DNA of 64,000 nt. Source: Mytilus edulis (taxonomy: Eukaryota). Within the stretch, counting starts at the first letter, position 1. Every line of letters begins with the position of its first letter. The notes under the pieces are model-generated. The model was not told where the DNA came from. It was given only the letters and a program-made list of their open reading frames with translations, and did not search any database. Shown in pieces: positions 1 through 13,932 of this stretch. The translations under genes were made by a program, and so were the position numbers. The stretch lies in assembly GCF_963676685.1 (NCBI RefSeq), contig NC_092352.1, positions 32,984,001 to 33,048,000 of the forward strand, in the 5' to 3' direction.

Positions 1-572
1 GATTCTGAAACGAATTTTGTTTAGATATGGATAACTTGTCAAAACTTATTTTATATTTTATGATCAAGAGAAAGTATCCACAGCAAAAAAAACTTTTCAT
101 TGTATTATGCTTAATTGATTAATGAATTTATTTTTTTCATTGACATTATTTTCATTTGAGTTTAAGTAGTATCTTTAGTAAAATCTTAATTTTAAAGACT
201 TTCAACATAAAATTAAAACATGATTATTAAAGCAGTCATTTCAGTGTATGCACTGTTGTTTTATCCAGTTTTATATTTGGTTAAAACATATTCTACAGAC
301 TGGGTTCACCAGACCATAACCTGATATCACGGATCAGTGTTCAACAAAACGTTTCTTATTGTTAGGTCCATTTCTCAAATACTGTAAGCAATAGGTTAAC
401 TGAATTTGATTTTTGGAATGATGTTAATGTGTACATGTTTGTCTGCTAGGATCCTTTGACCTTATGTCATTTTCATGGTCATCGTTTCGTTCATAATTAG
501 TTATTGTTTCTCAGATTCTATTAGCAACAGGTCAACTATATTTGGTGTGTGATTGATTGTAATGTGTACATG

Positions 573-924
573 TTTTTATGCCCCACCTATGATAGTAGTC
601 GTTTGTCCGTCCGTTCGTCTATCTGTGCGTCCGTTCAGGTTAAAGTTTTTGGTCTTTCTAATTTTAAAGCCAAATTAGACTTTTGACCCCAATTTCATGG
701 TCCACTGAACATAGAAAATGAAAGGGGGAGTTTCAGGTTAAAGTTTTTAGTCAAGGTAGTTTTTGATGAAATTGAAGTCCAATCAACTTGAAACTTAGTA
801 CATATGTTCCCTATAGTATAATCTTTCTAATTTTAATGCCAAATTAGATTATTACCCAATTCACGGTCCATGGAACATGTATAGTGCGAGTGGGGCATCC
901 ATGTACTTTGGACACATTCTTGTT
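573..924 (+). mobile_element. Non-autonomous Helentron-associated element (HINE/DINE-1-like), inserted into an older HINE
   Basis: 5' T-run + atgccccac, GTCY microsatellite, 3' gtggggcat subterminal inverted repeat, ends cttgtt. Same family as 17995-18301. Flanks resemble internal units of 25346-26426. Confidence 0.7.
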
Positions 925-1177
925 CTGGCAGGGTTCTTGTGACCTGACATCATAGTCACGAATCATTTAACAATGCCAAGATTATAATGTGATACCTGTA
1001 ATCAAACCATGATATTGTCTTTCAACATAAATTTCAATGATGATCAGTGTGCTCTGTATGTTTAGAAATTTGTGTTTATTTGTTATTGCAATATTTAACA
1101 ATTTGCCAAAATGCACGATTGATAATTTTGACAACAGGAATTTTGAAGAATATTTATGCTTTTAAATTTAAAATGGC

Positions 1178-2152
1178 TTTTTATACCCCCGCTTTGAAAA
1201 AAGGGAGGTATACTGTTTTACCTCTGTCTGTCCTTCCGTCAGTCAGTCCGTCCGTCCCATGAATATTTTTCGTCGCATTTTTCTCAGGAACTACAATATA
1301 AGGATTTCTGAAATTTGGTTTCAGGGTTTATATAAGTCTGCTACACTGTATGATGCCTTTTCAGATTCATCACTCAACAACTTCCTGTTTACCGAACACT
1401 AGTATTATTTTACACATGATAACCAAGTTGAAAATTTTCGTCACATTTTTCTCAGGAACTACAATACAAGGATTTCTGAAATTTTGTTTCAAGGTTTATA
1501 TAAGTATGCTATACCGTGTGATGCGTTTTCAGATTCATCACTCAACAACTTCCTGTTTACCGAACACTTGTACTATTTTACACATGATAACCAAGTTGAA
1601 AATTTCTGTCACATTTTTCTTAGGAACTACAATACAAGGATTTCTGAAATTTAGTTTCAGGATTTATACAAGTCAGCTATACGGTGTGATGCGTTTTCAG
1701 ATTCATCACTTGACAACTTCCTGTTTACCGAACACTTGTATTATTTTACACATGATAACCAAGTTGAACATTTTCGTCACATTTTTCTCAGGAACTACAA
1801 TCCAAGGATTTCTGAAATTTAGTTTCAAGGTTTATATAAGTATGCTATACCGTGTGATGCGTTTTCAGATTCATCACTCAACAACTTCCTGTTTACCGAA
1901 CACTTGTACTATTTTACACATGATAACCAAGTTGAAAATTTCTGTCACATTTTTCTTAGGAACTACAATACAAGGATTTCTGAAATTTGGTTTCAGGATT
2001 TATACAAGTCAGGTATACCGTGTGATGCGTTTTCAGATTCATCACTCAACAACTTCCTGTTTACCGAACACTTGCATATTTTTACACTATTAAAATTATC
2101 CACTTGCGGCGGGGGTATCATCAGTGAGCAGTAGCTCACAGTTTCACTTGTT
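1178..2152 (+). mobile_element. HINE-type non-autonomous Helentron with internal 168-bp tandem array (~5 units)
   Basis: 5' TTTTT-atacccccgc, GTCY microsatellite, 168-bp repeats (56-aa period in ORF 1350-2093), 3' gcgggggtat inverted repeat, stem-loop gtgagc-agta-gctcac, ends cttgtt; no TSD. Confidence 0.8.
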
Positions 2153-2261
2153 AATTTTGTTAAGTCTCTCCTGTCGCTATTTTCTTCGTAATAAAAGCCT
2201 TAAAAGTTAGAACAGTTGACTAAGCAATTGCTGCAATAAGATTTCTTCTTTCTGTTTTCAG

Positions 2262-5200
2262 AACACCATACACAACGGAGAAAGAATTCTTTTGTAGGAA
2301 CTGCCCAGTATGTGTCTCCAGAAGTTCTCACCAGTAAACAAGTCTGTAGCAGGTTAGTATAACTAGCAAAGTTTAAACTTTAAAACTCTGATAATATATA
2401 TAATATATGTATGTGGAGAAACAAGTTTGAATATATTATTCAATGTAGAGTCAATTGGTATAACATTTCTTATTTTATTGCATTTCTGATATTAGTACGA
2501 CTGTCATATATTTCTATCATGTTGTCGTTGTCTATTTTGTCTGCGTTGTTGTTGTCGTCCCAAGACACATTTAATAACAAGACAATAGGCAACAGCATAG
2601 TGCTTGCTCAAAAGCAAAAAAGGGTGGTAAACATATTATTTTTTATAGTATAGGTGGGTTAGGGCGGTGGTCAATTCGCAACATCATAGAGTATTGCAAA
2701 AAAGGGGAAGTTAACCTCTTTTTTTTGGGGGGGGGGGGGGGGAGTCAATTTGCAACAGCGTAGTGTTTTGCTCAACAGCAATAAATTTACAAATTCAAAT
2801 TATATAACCAATTTTAAGTTCTTTACAGTTCTTCTGTTTCAGAAACCTATTGTGTGTCAAATAATTAATTACAATCCAAATTCAGAACTGTATCAAGCAC
2901 AAATATTGCGTACATTATTGCCCAAACTGTTCAGGGTTGGACCTCTGCGATAGAATCCAGCTGCGATTGTATCCAGCTGCGCTCAGCGAAGCAATTTATT
3001 GACACATGTTATCTAATTTCTTTTATATGTCTTTTTTTTTCAGTTCAGACTTGTGGGCTTTAGGTTGTATTATTTATCAGTTATTGTCTGGACTACCACC
3101 ATTCAGAGGAGGGTGAGTACTATCATTTAATTGAAATGTACCAGTATATTTAGATGATTATTATAAGGTTTAACACCAATTTTTAGTCATATTAATAATC
3201 TTATCTTTTGTCTTCATCAAGGAGTAAGAGCAAATACTTGTCGGCCCGTAGTCAGAATATTGTTTCTTTGTATGATGACATGTCTTCCTGTGCACTGTTA
3301 CCATGTGAACTAGCACACTAAAAATCTGGCTCAGTGTGTTGATCTTGAACAAATTGTGTTAATATTCATATTACATGATCATGTTCTCGTTCTGAGTGTG
3401 TATTTAATTTGCTGCTGGACATGAACATCCATCTAGCATCATATCAAACAAAATGTTTTTTTCTTTACAATTCATTTAGTTTTTTTTGTAATTTCAATGA
3501 GTTAGATGAACTTTTAGGTTATATCATTTTATATCTATGACAGATATTATAATGTTATATAGTAATGAAAATATTACATAGAGAAATTTTTATTTGCAAA
3601 GTTTTCTTATTTCAAGTAAGTCTGTTAGAAATTTATGTGATGTTTGAAGCAAGATTGTACTTTTGATTGATTGTTTTTGTATTATTATTTATACATTACA
3701 GTCATGAATTTCAAATATTCCAAAAAATCCAGAAATTAGAATATGAATTTCCAGATGGCTTTGATCCACTAGCCAGAGATTTGGTAGAAAAATTACTGGT
3801 AAGTAGTTGAATAGTTAAGATGAATACATTATAATTTGTAATTACCATTATTCAGACACTCCAAAAGAAGTTGAAGAACATGCACACAATGTTAAATCTT
3901 GTAGTTGTTAGTCCTGATGTCCTGTTAATCCATTCATAAAACAAAACTTGGTTCAAAGGCTTTAACATCTTACACAATATTTATATATGCATAAAATTAA
4001 TAAACTATCAGTTGCATTAGATTAGAAAATTGAAGATTTTCACCCTCAAACTAGCTATTGATGCCCACAAATTTTTTAATATAATTTAAAGGATATTTCA
4101 GAGAAGTACACATCATTGATAAGGCAACTTAACAATAAGAAGCAACCAAAAATAAACACTTGCTAAAATACATTAATAATGCTTGTTTTGGAATTTATAG
4201 GTTATAGAACCTACACAACGACTTGGTTGTGAAGAATTGGGTGGAATGGAACAGCTTAAATCTCATCCCTTCTTTGAAGGAATAGATTGGGAACATTTAT
4301 CTGAACAAAAACCACCAGAACTACTTCCATATTTACCAGCAACAAAAGACAATCCAGATGAATTATGGAGTCGGGTTAGTATGTCTATATTAAGTTCAAT
4401 ATTCTTTTGATCTGTCACCTTATAATTTATGTCAAAAAGTGAACTCACTTATCCTAATTGTTTTAGAAGATGTACGAGCCCTGCAAGCAGTTTTTATACG
4501 ACCGCAAAAATTTTAATTTTTCGTCGTATATTGCTATCACGATGGCGTCGTCGTCTTCGTCGTCGTCCGAATACTTTTAGTTTTCGCACTCTAACTTTTG
4601 TAAAAGTGAATAGAAATCTTTGAAATTTTAACACAAGGTTTATTACCACAAAAGGAAGGTTGGGAATGATTTTGGGAGTTTTGGTCCCAACATTTTAGGA
4701 ATTAGGGGCCAAAAAGGGCCCAAATAAGCATTTTCTTGGTTTTCGCACTATAACTTTAGTTTAAGTAAATTGAAATCTATGAAATTTTGACACAAGGTTT
4801 ATGACCACAAAAGGAAGGTTGGGATTGATTTTGGGAGTTTTGGTTCCAACAGTTTAGGAATTAGGGGCCAAAAAAGGGCCCAAATAAGCATTATTCTTGG
4901 TTTTCGTACAATAACTTTAGTATAAGTGAATAGAAACCAATGAAATTTAAACACAAGTTTTATGAACACAAAAAGAAGGTTGGGATTGATTTTGGGAGTT
5001 TTGGTCCCAACAGTTTAGGAATTAGGGGCCAAAAAGGGCCCAAATAAGCATTTTCTTGGTTTTCGCACTATAACTTTAGTTTAAGTAAATAGAAATCTAT
5101 GAAATTTAAACACAAGATTTATGACCATAAAAGGAAGGTTGGGTTTCATTTTTGGAGGTTTGGTCCCAACAGTTTAGGAATAAGGGGCCCAAAGGGTCCA

Positions 5201-8200
5201 AAATTGAACTTTGTTTGATTTCATCAAAAATTGAATAATTGGGGTTCTTTGATATGCCGAATCTAACTGTGTATGTAGATTCTTAATTTTCGGTCCCGTT
5301 TTCAAATTGGTCTACATTAAGGTCCAAAGGGTCCAAAATTAAACTTAGTTTGATTTTAACAAAAATTGAATCCTTGGGCTTCTTTGATATGCTGAATCTA
5401 AAAATGTACTTAGATTTTTGATTATTGGCCCAGTTTTCAAGTTGGTCCAAATCAGGGTTCAAAATTAAACTTTGTTTGATTCATCAAAAATTGAATAATT
5501 GGGGTTCTTTGATATGCCAAATCTAACTGTGTATGTAGATTCTTAATTCTTGGTCCCGTTTTCAAATTGGTCTACATTAAAGTCCAAAGGGTCCAAAATT
5601 AAACTAAGTTTGATTTTAACAAAAATTGAATTCTTGGGCTTTTTTATATGCTTCAATCTAAACATATACTTAGATTTTTGATTATGGGCCCAGTTTTCAA
5701 GTTGGTTCAAATCAGGATCCAAAATTATTATATTAAGTATTGTGCAATAGCAAGAAATTTTCAATTGCACAGTATTCAGCAATAGCAAGAAATCTTCAAT
5801 TGCACAGTATTGCGCAATAGCAAGAAATCTTCAATTGCACAGTATTGTGCAATAGCAAATATTTTCAATTGCACAGTATTGCGCAATAGCAAGAAATATC
5901 TAATTGCACAATATTGTGCAATAGCAAGAAATTTTCAATTGATTGGAGTTATCTTTCTTTGTCCAGAATAGTAGTTGAATCAACTTAAATCATTGTTTTA
6001 TACAATATACAATGTATATTCACTTTTACTACCAACTGATAAATTAAAACAATCTTTACCATTCAGTGATAACAAGCACTTTATTTTACATTTTAATATT
6101 TTATGATGTATTTAAATGAGTAGTTATTGTTGCAAACTCCATTAGGAATTTGAATTGAGATCAGTTTTGGAAAAAGGGAAAGGGGGATGTGAAAAAAAAT
6201 GGCGGGGGGGGGAATTTTTCTCATTTCAGATTTCATAAATAAAAAGAAAATTTCTTCAAATATTTTTTTGAGAGGATTAATATTCAACAGCATAGTGAAT
6301 TGCTCAAAGGCAAAAAAAATATTTTAAGTTCATTAGACCACATTCATTCTGTGTCAGAAACCTATGCTGTGTCAACTATATAATCACAATCCAAATTTAG
6401 AGCTGAATCCAGCTTAAATGTTGTGTCCATACTTGCCCCAACTGTTCAGGGTTCAACCTCTGCGGTCGTATATAGCTGCGCCCTGCGGAGCATCTGGTTT
6501 CAAATGTAATTTTTTTAAATTTGAAATGTATGTAAATTGAATCAGAAAGTTTTTGTATATCATGTACTTATAATGTATAGAGAAATAAATTAGTGTTTTT
6601 ATGTGATTTGAAAAATACTATAAAATTATAATTGTAATAGAACATTTAAGCTTTGCTATCAAAATTTTACAAAGAAAATGTAGAAATGAAATAATTCATA
6701 AACCTATGGATTGATTGAGATCCTCTCAAATAAATGCACACTTGTGAACATTATATATTAATGTATTAGATGCAAATGATTTGATTTTTGTCAGCCACAG
6801 TATTGTCTCTTGATTAAAAAAGCCGATTCTTTATTTCAGCCTGGCTTTGATGATAAAAGAATTGTAGAACTTATAACCAATAATGTTAGTGATAATTTGT
6901 AAGTACACATTTTTGATGGAATAAAAGATACAAACTTGTTAAATCCAATAAGAATACAAACTTGCTGAATCCAATAAAAAAGACAAACTTGCTGAATCCA
7001 ATTAAACCATTTATCATGAGTTTTCCAAAAAGTTCTTGATATTGCCAGAATTTAAGAAATAATGAGATGATTTGGTGAATTTTCAGCAGTTATGTTTATA
7101 AGCAATATAATCATCCATATGTATTGAATACTAACTTATAATGTGATAAAAGAATTTAAAATTTTGGGTTTGCATTATTATAAGTCCCCATTTTTGTCCA
7201 ACAAAAGAGTAATATATATTTTTGAAACATCCTATTATACCTTGAGGCATTGCTAGAGTTCTAGACTCCACCAAACAAGATGCAGTTGGTTTTTATCAGG
7301 ATTAAGCATGTTTAAATTCAAGGTTTCTACTTAAAGACCAAACAGCCTATTCATTTCCATCAGTGATTTTTCCTTCAAATTTTCTGTGAAGGTGTTGCAT
7401 GATTTGAGGAACAAAATATGATGAAAAAAAACGGGGGTCACCGACTTAGTTTTGTCACTATAGCAACCTCAGTTTCGTGTTTTCCCGAATATTAACATAA
7501 TATTTGCTTGTTATCTAAACTCTCAAAAAAATGCTTTATATCAAACCTACAAGCATAATTCTTGTTTCACGTTAAACAGTAGATTTGTATCTTTCAAATA
7601 CAGGTTCAAGATTCATATTTATTTGATCTTTAAAAATATGATTTATTTCATTCCCGCCAAAAATTATGCGTAAAACTGAAAAACGTTTCCAGTATTAAAA
7701 AATATCTACCAGTGATTTTTTCATAAAAATTTTATGAAGGAAAGTGCCATATGTACTCTTCAAAATAAAGCAAAAAAAAGTGTATGTCACCGACCTTTCA
7801 AAAAAGATATGAGTAATTTTTATGTTCTTTTCTCGTTCGTTTTGAAGAAAAGAGTTGTCTTTCTTCAGAACATTGCATCTGACGTCATAGTACGAACTTT
7901 CCTTGCTGGCGCACTATTTGAAAAAAGAAATCGCAAATTGGACGCCGTTTGAAACCCACATTTAAATTTCCAAGAATAACAACTATATTCACCTACTTTA
8001 TTATCCGGTAATACAAGAGATTAAGCATGTATCAGTTTCAGATCTTTATGATTTTGTTGCCGCACAATATAAACCTTCAAAAACACCATCCTCCGGAATG
8101 GAAAATTGTTTCAAATAACCTTTCACGCCACTTTTGTATTGAAAGTCTGTTTTTGTCCTCTGTCCCACATAAGCAAAATTATTGAAATTAAAAAGAAATA

Positions 8201-11200
8201 AAAGATGGCACTGGTTAACTTACAGAGTATTTGAATATACCAGACTAGATGTGCTTGTTTCTTTTTCGCGTCAATTTCAGAAGTTTGCCGTAACGAACTC
8301 ATTCGGTACTGTTGATAGACGGACATACAAAAGCATGGACGGAGTTCTTTATACCATTATTTTTCCCGACTAAGACGAACGTTTAGAAATTATTGCATCG
8401 AGTTTGTGAATTCATTATTTTTTAATATTTTTAAGATATAAGAAAATTAAAATTATAGGTATAATATATCAATGAAAGTTTTGATTCTAAAACGTTATAC
8501 ATCTATCTTGAAATACAATCATTTTATTACTACCTCACATGTTTTCAATAAACGAGACAGTAAATATAAAATACAAAAAGTTTTTGATTCAAAAATTAAT
8601 ATTTAGAAATTATTTTCCGTTGAAAACTACAAAATAAGATTTCTCTAACAGGATAAAATATAATAAATCTAAATTGCTCATTTTGGAAATTAAAACAAAG
8701 AAAAGGTTGTTGCCGGCATTGAAAATCGAAATTTGTTTTCAATCTTTCTGGTCACAGTTGTAGCTAAATGAAAGGGAGCGATTTTATGTAAGATATTATT
8801 CTTGAAGCAATTGTTTTGTTATATTAAGTTAAATTTGCAACAATTTAGTTTTAAACACCAAAAATTTTGATTTTAATTCACATTCGCTGAGTATTAGTTT
8901 TATTAATATTTTTTGCATTACAGCTAATTTCCTAATGCATATAGGGTAAAACTTTGGTGGGCTTCCTTGCTTTGTTTGTATTAATGTTTACTCAAGCTCT
9001 GTAATTAAGATTGACATCTTTATATATAGGTATGTAAACCTGTATATATGCTATTCAACTGAATTGGACGTTATCAAAACATACTTATACAAAATATACA
9101 AACAAAGCAAGCAGGCAAACCAAACTGTTGATCTACATACAGTAGGAAATAAGCTGTAAGTTTCAGTGAGATTAGACGATATGTTTATCATTTCTCCTTA
9201 GGACAATTTGAAATGAAACAAATGACAAATAAAAATGACCCTTTGTCATCATTTTATTTTAACGATAAGAGTTTGTCAAATAAGCAGTATAAATAAATTT
9301 TAACTTCATTGCAAGATCGGACATTATTTTAAGAGAATCATCCAGACATTAGTTACATGCACATGTTGCTAGTATGTCAAAACTTTGCGGAATAATTGAT
9401 TATCGGCCTAACCTTGTGAATACTCAATTTTTGAATTTTTTGAAAAATTGACACTAACACTAGAAGGATCATTGTACAAGGAACATGTATACTAAGTTTT
9501 AAGTTGATAGGACTTCAACTTCGTCAAAAACTTACTACCTTGACCAAAAACTGTAACCAAAAACTTTAACTGGAAGCGGGACAGACGAACAAACGGACAC
9601 ACTGACCAGAAAACATAATGCCTATAAATCGGGCATAAAAATAACTTTCACCTAACCTGTACACAATCGGCGCAAACGAAAGACAAAATCTACGCAAGTG
9701 AAGAAGAAAAAAATGAAATGCAGATCGACGCAAATATAGGACAAAATCTATGAATGTGAAAGAATAAAAAAAAAAAATGAAATGCAGAACAGCGCAAATG
9801 CAAAAAGTCGAGATCAAAATTTATATTTAATAATTTTTATTAGAACGAAGGTTAAATATAGTGTAGTATCTTATGCGTCCATTTGTGTTCAATTTCCACA
9901 GGATATTAAAGTAGCGCACACATAATAGTTTCTATTTTCTTGGGAGACGTAGCGTACCTAAGTAGCATACACCATGTTGGAATCCGTGAAAAACGCGAAA
10001 TAGGACGTTATAATTTGACGTTTTTTCATTGCTAGAAACAACGTCATAGAGCTTTTATGTCACTACCAAGATGCGTTAGCTGATGCGCATAAACAATAGG
10101 CTGTTTGGTCTTTAAGGTCATCTAATAACATAATGGAAAAATGTCAATCAGTCAATCTTAGGTTAAGGTTTACTCCGTAGTACTTTGGGAAAAGCCTGTA
10201 GGCAGCACAGAACTTGCACTTTGCATTCACTTTTTATCAAAATTTTGTGACTCTATCAAAGGAAATGATTTTATGATACCATAATTAAAAAGAATCCTTT
10301 ACTTGATTTTTTGTATTATTGTACTTTTAAGTTTCTTTTTGATTCTCAAAATTACATTGATGTACTTACTTTTGATAGGAGTATAACTGAAGATGAAAGA
10401 AACAAAAGATTAGAGGATCAAAAGAAAAATAATGAATATCACAAATTTGTGGAAAACAACCTTATTCTGAAACAGGGTCTAGTGGATAAAAGAAAGGTAT
10501 TGTAGATAGAAGACAACCTTATTCTGAAACAGGGTCTAGTGGATAAAAGAAAGGTATTGTAGATAGAAGACAACCTTATTCTGAAACAGGGTCTAGTGGA
10601 TAAAAGAAAGGTATTGTAGATAGAAGACAACCTTATTCTGAAACAGGGTCTAGTGGATAAAAGAAAGGTATTGTAGATAGAAGACAACCTTATTCTGAAA
10701 CAGGGTCTAGTGGATAAAAGAAAGGTATTGTAGATAGATGACAACTTTATTATGAAACAGGGTCTAGTGGATAAAAGAAAGGTATTGTAGATAGAAGACA
10801 ACCTTATTCTAAAACAGGGTCTAGTGGATAAAAGAAAGGTATTGTAGATAGATGACAACCTTATTCTAAAACAGGGTCTAGTGGATAAAAGAAAGGTATT
10901 GTAGATAGAAGACAACCTTATTCTGAAACAGGGTCTAGTGGATAAAAGAAAGGTATTGTAGATAGAAGACAACCTTATTCTGAAACAGGGTCTAGTGGAT
11001 AAAAGAAAGGTATTGTAGATAGAAGACAACCTTATTCTAAAACAGGGTCTGGTGGATAAAAGAAAGGTATTGTAGATAGAAGACAACCTTATTCTGAAAC
11101 AGGGTCTAGTGGATAAAAGAAAGGTATTGTAGATAGAAGACAACCTTATTCTGAAACAGGGTCTAGTGGATAAAAGAAAGGTATTGTAGATAGAAGACAA

Positions 11201-13932
11201 TAATACACTTCAAATAAAATAAACAGCTCTTAATGGAATGTATTTTCCAAAAGCTTGAAAAATTATTGAATGAAAAATGTAAATCAATTGCCAGAGTGTA
11301 AAAACAGCATAAAAACACAATTTCTTTGCATTTTAAATTTACCCGGTAAGGTATATAAGATAGGGTCTAGTGGATAAAAGAAAGGTATTGTAGATAGAAG
11401 ACAACCTTATTCTGAAACAGGGTCTAGTGGATAAAAGAAAGGTATTGTAGATAGATGACAACTTTATTATGAAACAGGGTCTAGTGGAAAAAAGAAAGGT
11501 ATTGTAGATAGAAGACAACCTTATTCTAAAACAGGGTCTAGTGGATAAAAGAAAGGTATTGTAGATAGATGACAACCTTATTCTAAAACAGGGTCTAGTG
11601 GATAAAAGAAAGGTATTGTAGATAGAAGACAACCTTATTCTGAAACAGGGTCTAGTGGATAAAAGAAAGGTATTGTAGATAGAAGACAACCTTATTCTGA
11701 AACAGGGTCTAGTGGATAAAAGAAAGGTATTGTAGATAGAAGACAACCTTATTCTAAACAGGGTCTAGTGGATAAAAGAAAGGTATTGTAGATAGAAGAC
11801 AACCTTATTCTGAAACAGGGTCTAGTGGATAAAAGAAAGGTATTGTAGATAGAAGACAACCTTATTCTGAAACAGGGTCTAGTGGATAAAAGAAAGGTAT
11901 TGTAGATAGAAGACAACCTTATTCTGAAACAGGGTCTAGTGGATAAAAGAAAGGTATTGTAGATAGAAGACAACCTTATTCTAAACAGGGTCTAGTGGAT
12001 AAAAGAAAGGTATTGTAGATAGAAGACAACCTTATTCTGAAACAGGGTCTAGTGGATAAAAGAAAGGTATTGTAGATAGAAGACAACCTTATTCTGAAAC
12101 AGGGTCTAGTGGATAAAAGAAAGGTATTGTAGATAGAAGACAATAATACACTTCAAATAAAATAAACAGCTCTTAATGGAATGTATTTTCCAAAAGCTTG
12201 AAAAATTATTGAATGAAAAATGTAAATCAATTGCCAGAGTGTAAAAACAGCATAAAAACACAATTTCTTTGCATTTTAAATTTACCCGGTAAGGTATATA
12301 AGATAGTATTGATAAATTGTGTTGTATGTAAAAAAACAAATTTAACATGAGATAAAAATTAAATGTAATCATTTGATTTTGGATTAGCTTTGACTTTTGA
12401 CAGTTCGGTACATAGCAAATAAGATTGTCATGTGTTATTTATTTCTCTTCCAGGGTTTATTTGCAAGAAGACGTATGCTATTATTAACAGAAGGACCACA
12501 TTTATATTATGTTGATCCGGCTAATAAAGTTTTAAAGGGACAAATTCCATGGTTAGTATTTTCTATAAACTAACATGAATGTAAAGAACGCATAAACTTG
12601 TGTTTTGTTCACTGCAAGTTTATTCTAACATACAGCTCATGCTAAAACAATTTTAATTCTGTTTTCACTTAGGTCTATAATTAAGGTTTCCTTTGGAATA
12701 TATCAATAATTTGCTACAATTTATTTATAATGCATTGCAAAACAATTGTGGACTATTTCGGTTATCTGATGCTTGATTGACTTGAGGAAATTTATGCATT
12801 AGAGTCCATAACAAAGATTTTCCAATTGTTACTTTGAAATTTAGCATCCATTTTTAACAGAGACTAAAACATTTTTATATGTTATTTAGATCGGCAGCTT
12901 TCTATATAAAAAGAATTGACTACTTCAGTATACAAATATTTTCATGGAAATATGTTTAGTTTAAACAGTATTTGAGCTGTGTAAGTTAGAAATCTACATG
13001 AAGCAAGTGCATGTAAACATTTTAATGAATAGAATTTGATTGATTTTGGAAAGTATGAATACGAAATAAAAGAGGAATTTTGGTTTATTTTGTCGGGTTC
13101 TACTAAAATCAATTTACAAACAGTTACAAACTTTCTTTTAAGATTTTTTTCAACCCAAAATAGGTTATCAGATGTATTGGAAAATCATTTTAATAAAGTC
13201 CATTTCTATCCAATGCTGCTCGTTTATTGATGAAAATTTATAACAATGAAGCAGTACAATTTTACATAAAACTCTTATGTGAAAGATTATTTACTTTTAT
13301 TTATATAATTGTAGGTCAGAAGATCTTCGACCAGAGGCAAAGAATTTTAAAACTTTTTTCATTCACACAGTAAGTATAACTTGATTGTTTGGTTGTATTT
13401 CTTTAAAAGTTTAAAAAAAAAAATAAAAAACAAGAATATGTAGTAGTTATCAGTTTCCTGTGATGTACTTATCTGACGTATATTTATTTGATATAATTTA
13501 AAATGCTTTATTTCTTGTACATGTCTGAAAAAAGGTTTCCTTTGTATAAAATGAATTTTGTGCAGATAAAACTTTTAACTATTCTGGAATATTTGATTGT
13601 GTGCATGCGTTTAAACATTGCTTGTTGGACAGGGTCATGACACTCCCCTGGCTCAAACGAGGGCCCAGAAGGTGTTTTTGTATGTCAATGACATCAAGTA
13701 TAATTAAAAAAAATTGTAGGTGATGAAATACTATTATTTGCGACTAGATTTTTCCGCACTTGATTAGAAGTAAAAAGAGTAATTTGGACATTTGATATAT
13801 TTTCAGCCTAACAGAACATACTATTTAGAAGATAAAAAATTAGGATCTCAAGACTGGGTTCAAAAAGTTGATGAAGTGTGGAAGACTTATTATGGTGATA
13901 AAAAAACAAAAGATGGTTCAAAAAATGGATGA
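2262..13932 (+). CDS. PDPK1: 3-phosphoinositide-dependent protein kinase 1, 3' part (kinase C-lobe + PH domain); upstream exons lie outside the window
   Basis: GT-AG exons with consistent phases: 2262-2352 ([17 protein letters not shown]), 3044-3112 ([22 protein letters not shown]), 3702-3798 ([17 protein letters not shown]), 4201-4374 (RLGCEE..LKSHPFF), 6840-6898 (linker), 10379-10496 ([19 protein letters not shown]), 12454-12551 ([22 protein letters not shown]), 13315-13369 ([14 protein letters not shown]), 13807-13932 (PNRTYYL..TGA). These match the PDK1 activation loop and PH domain. Confidence 0.96.
2590..3010 (+). mobile_element. Degenerate 3' fragment related to the HINE at 4491-6500
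   Basis: Shares caacagcatagtg..gctcaaa, cagaaacctat..gtgtcaa and cccaa(a)ctgttcagggtt..acctctgcg with 6285-6470. Confidence 0.55.
4491..6500 (+). mobile_element. HINE-type non-autonomous Helentron with internal tandem repeats
   Basis: 5' TTTTT-atacgaccgca and 3' tgcggtcgtat subterminal inverted repeats, (CGT)n microsatellite, ~160-bp and ~250-bp internal repeats, 35-bp array at ~5737-5940, 3' stem-loop then T-run. Confidence 0.8.
7335..10111. mobile_element. Kolobok-like non-autonomous DNA transposon
   Basis: TTAA at 7331-7334 and 10112-10115 flanks perfect 17-bp TIRs agaccaaacagcctatt / aataggctgtttggtct with RR..YY termini. No transposase ORF; contains a minus-strand HINE fragment at ~9470-9641. 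Confidence 0.75.
10456..12139 (+). repeat. 57-bp minisatellite derived from a PDPK1 exon end + splice donor, in two blocks
   Basis: Unit acaaccttattctgaaacagggtctagtggataaaagaaag|gtattgtagatagaag. 13 units at 10456-11196, then a partial unit plus 13 units at 11362-12139. The ~165-bp 3' flank is also duplicated (11197-11363, 12140-12305). Confidence 0.97.

Noticed and set aside
1350-2093. 247-aa repetitive ORF
   Set aside because: Read-through of the 168-bp array inside a HINE; no domain motifs.
10439-11973. Minus-strand ORFs of repeated [19 protein letters not shown]
   Set aside because: Artefact of a stop-free 57-bp unit antisense to PDPK1.
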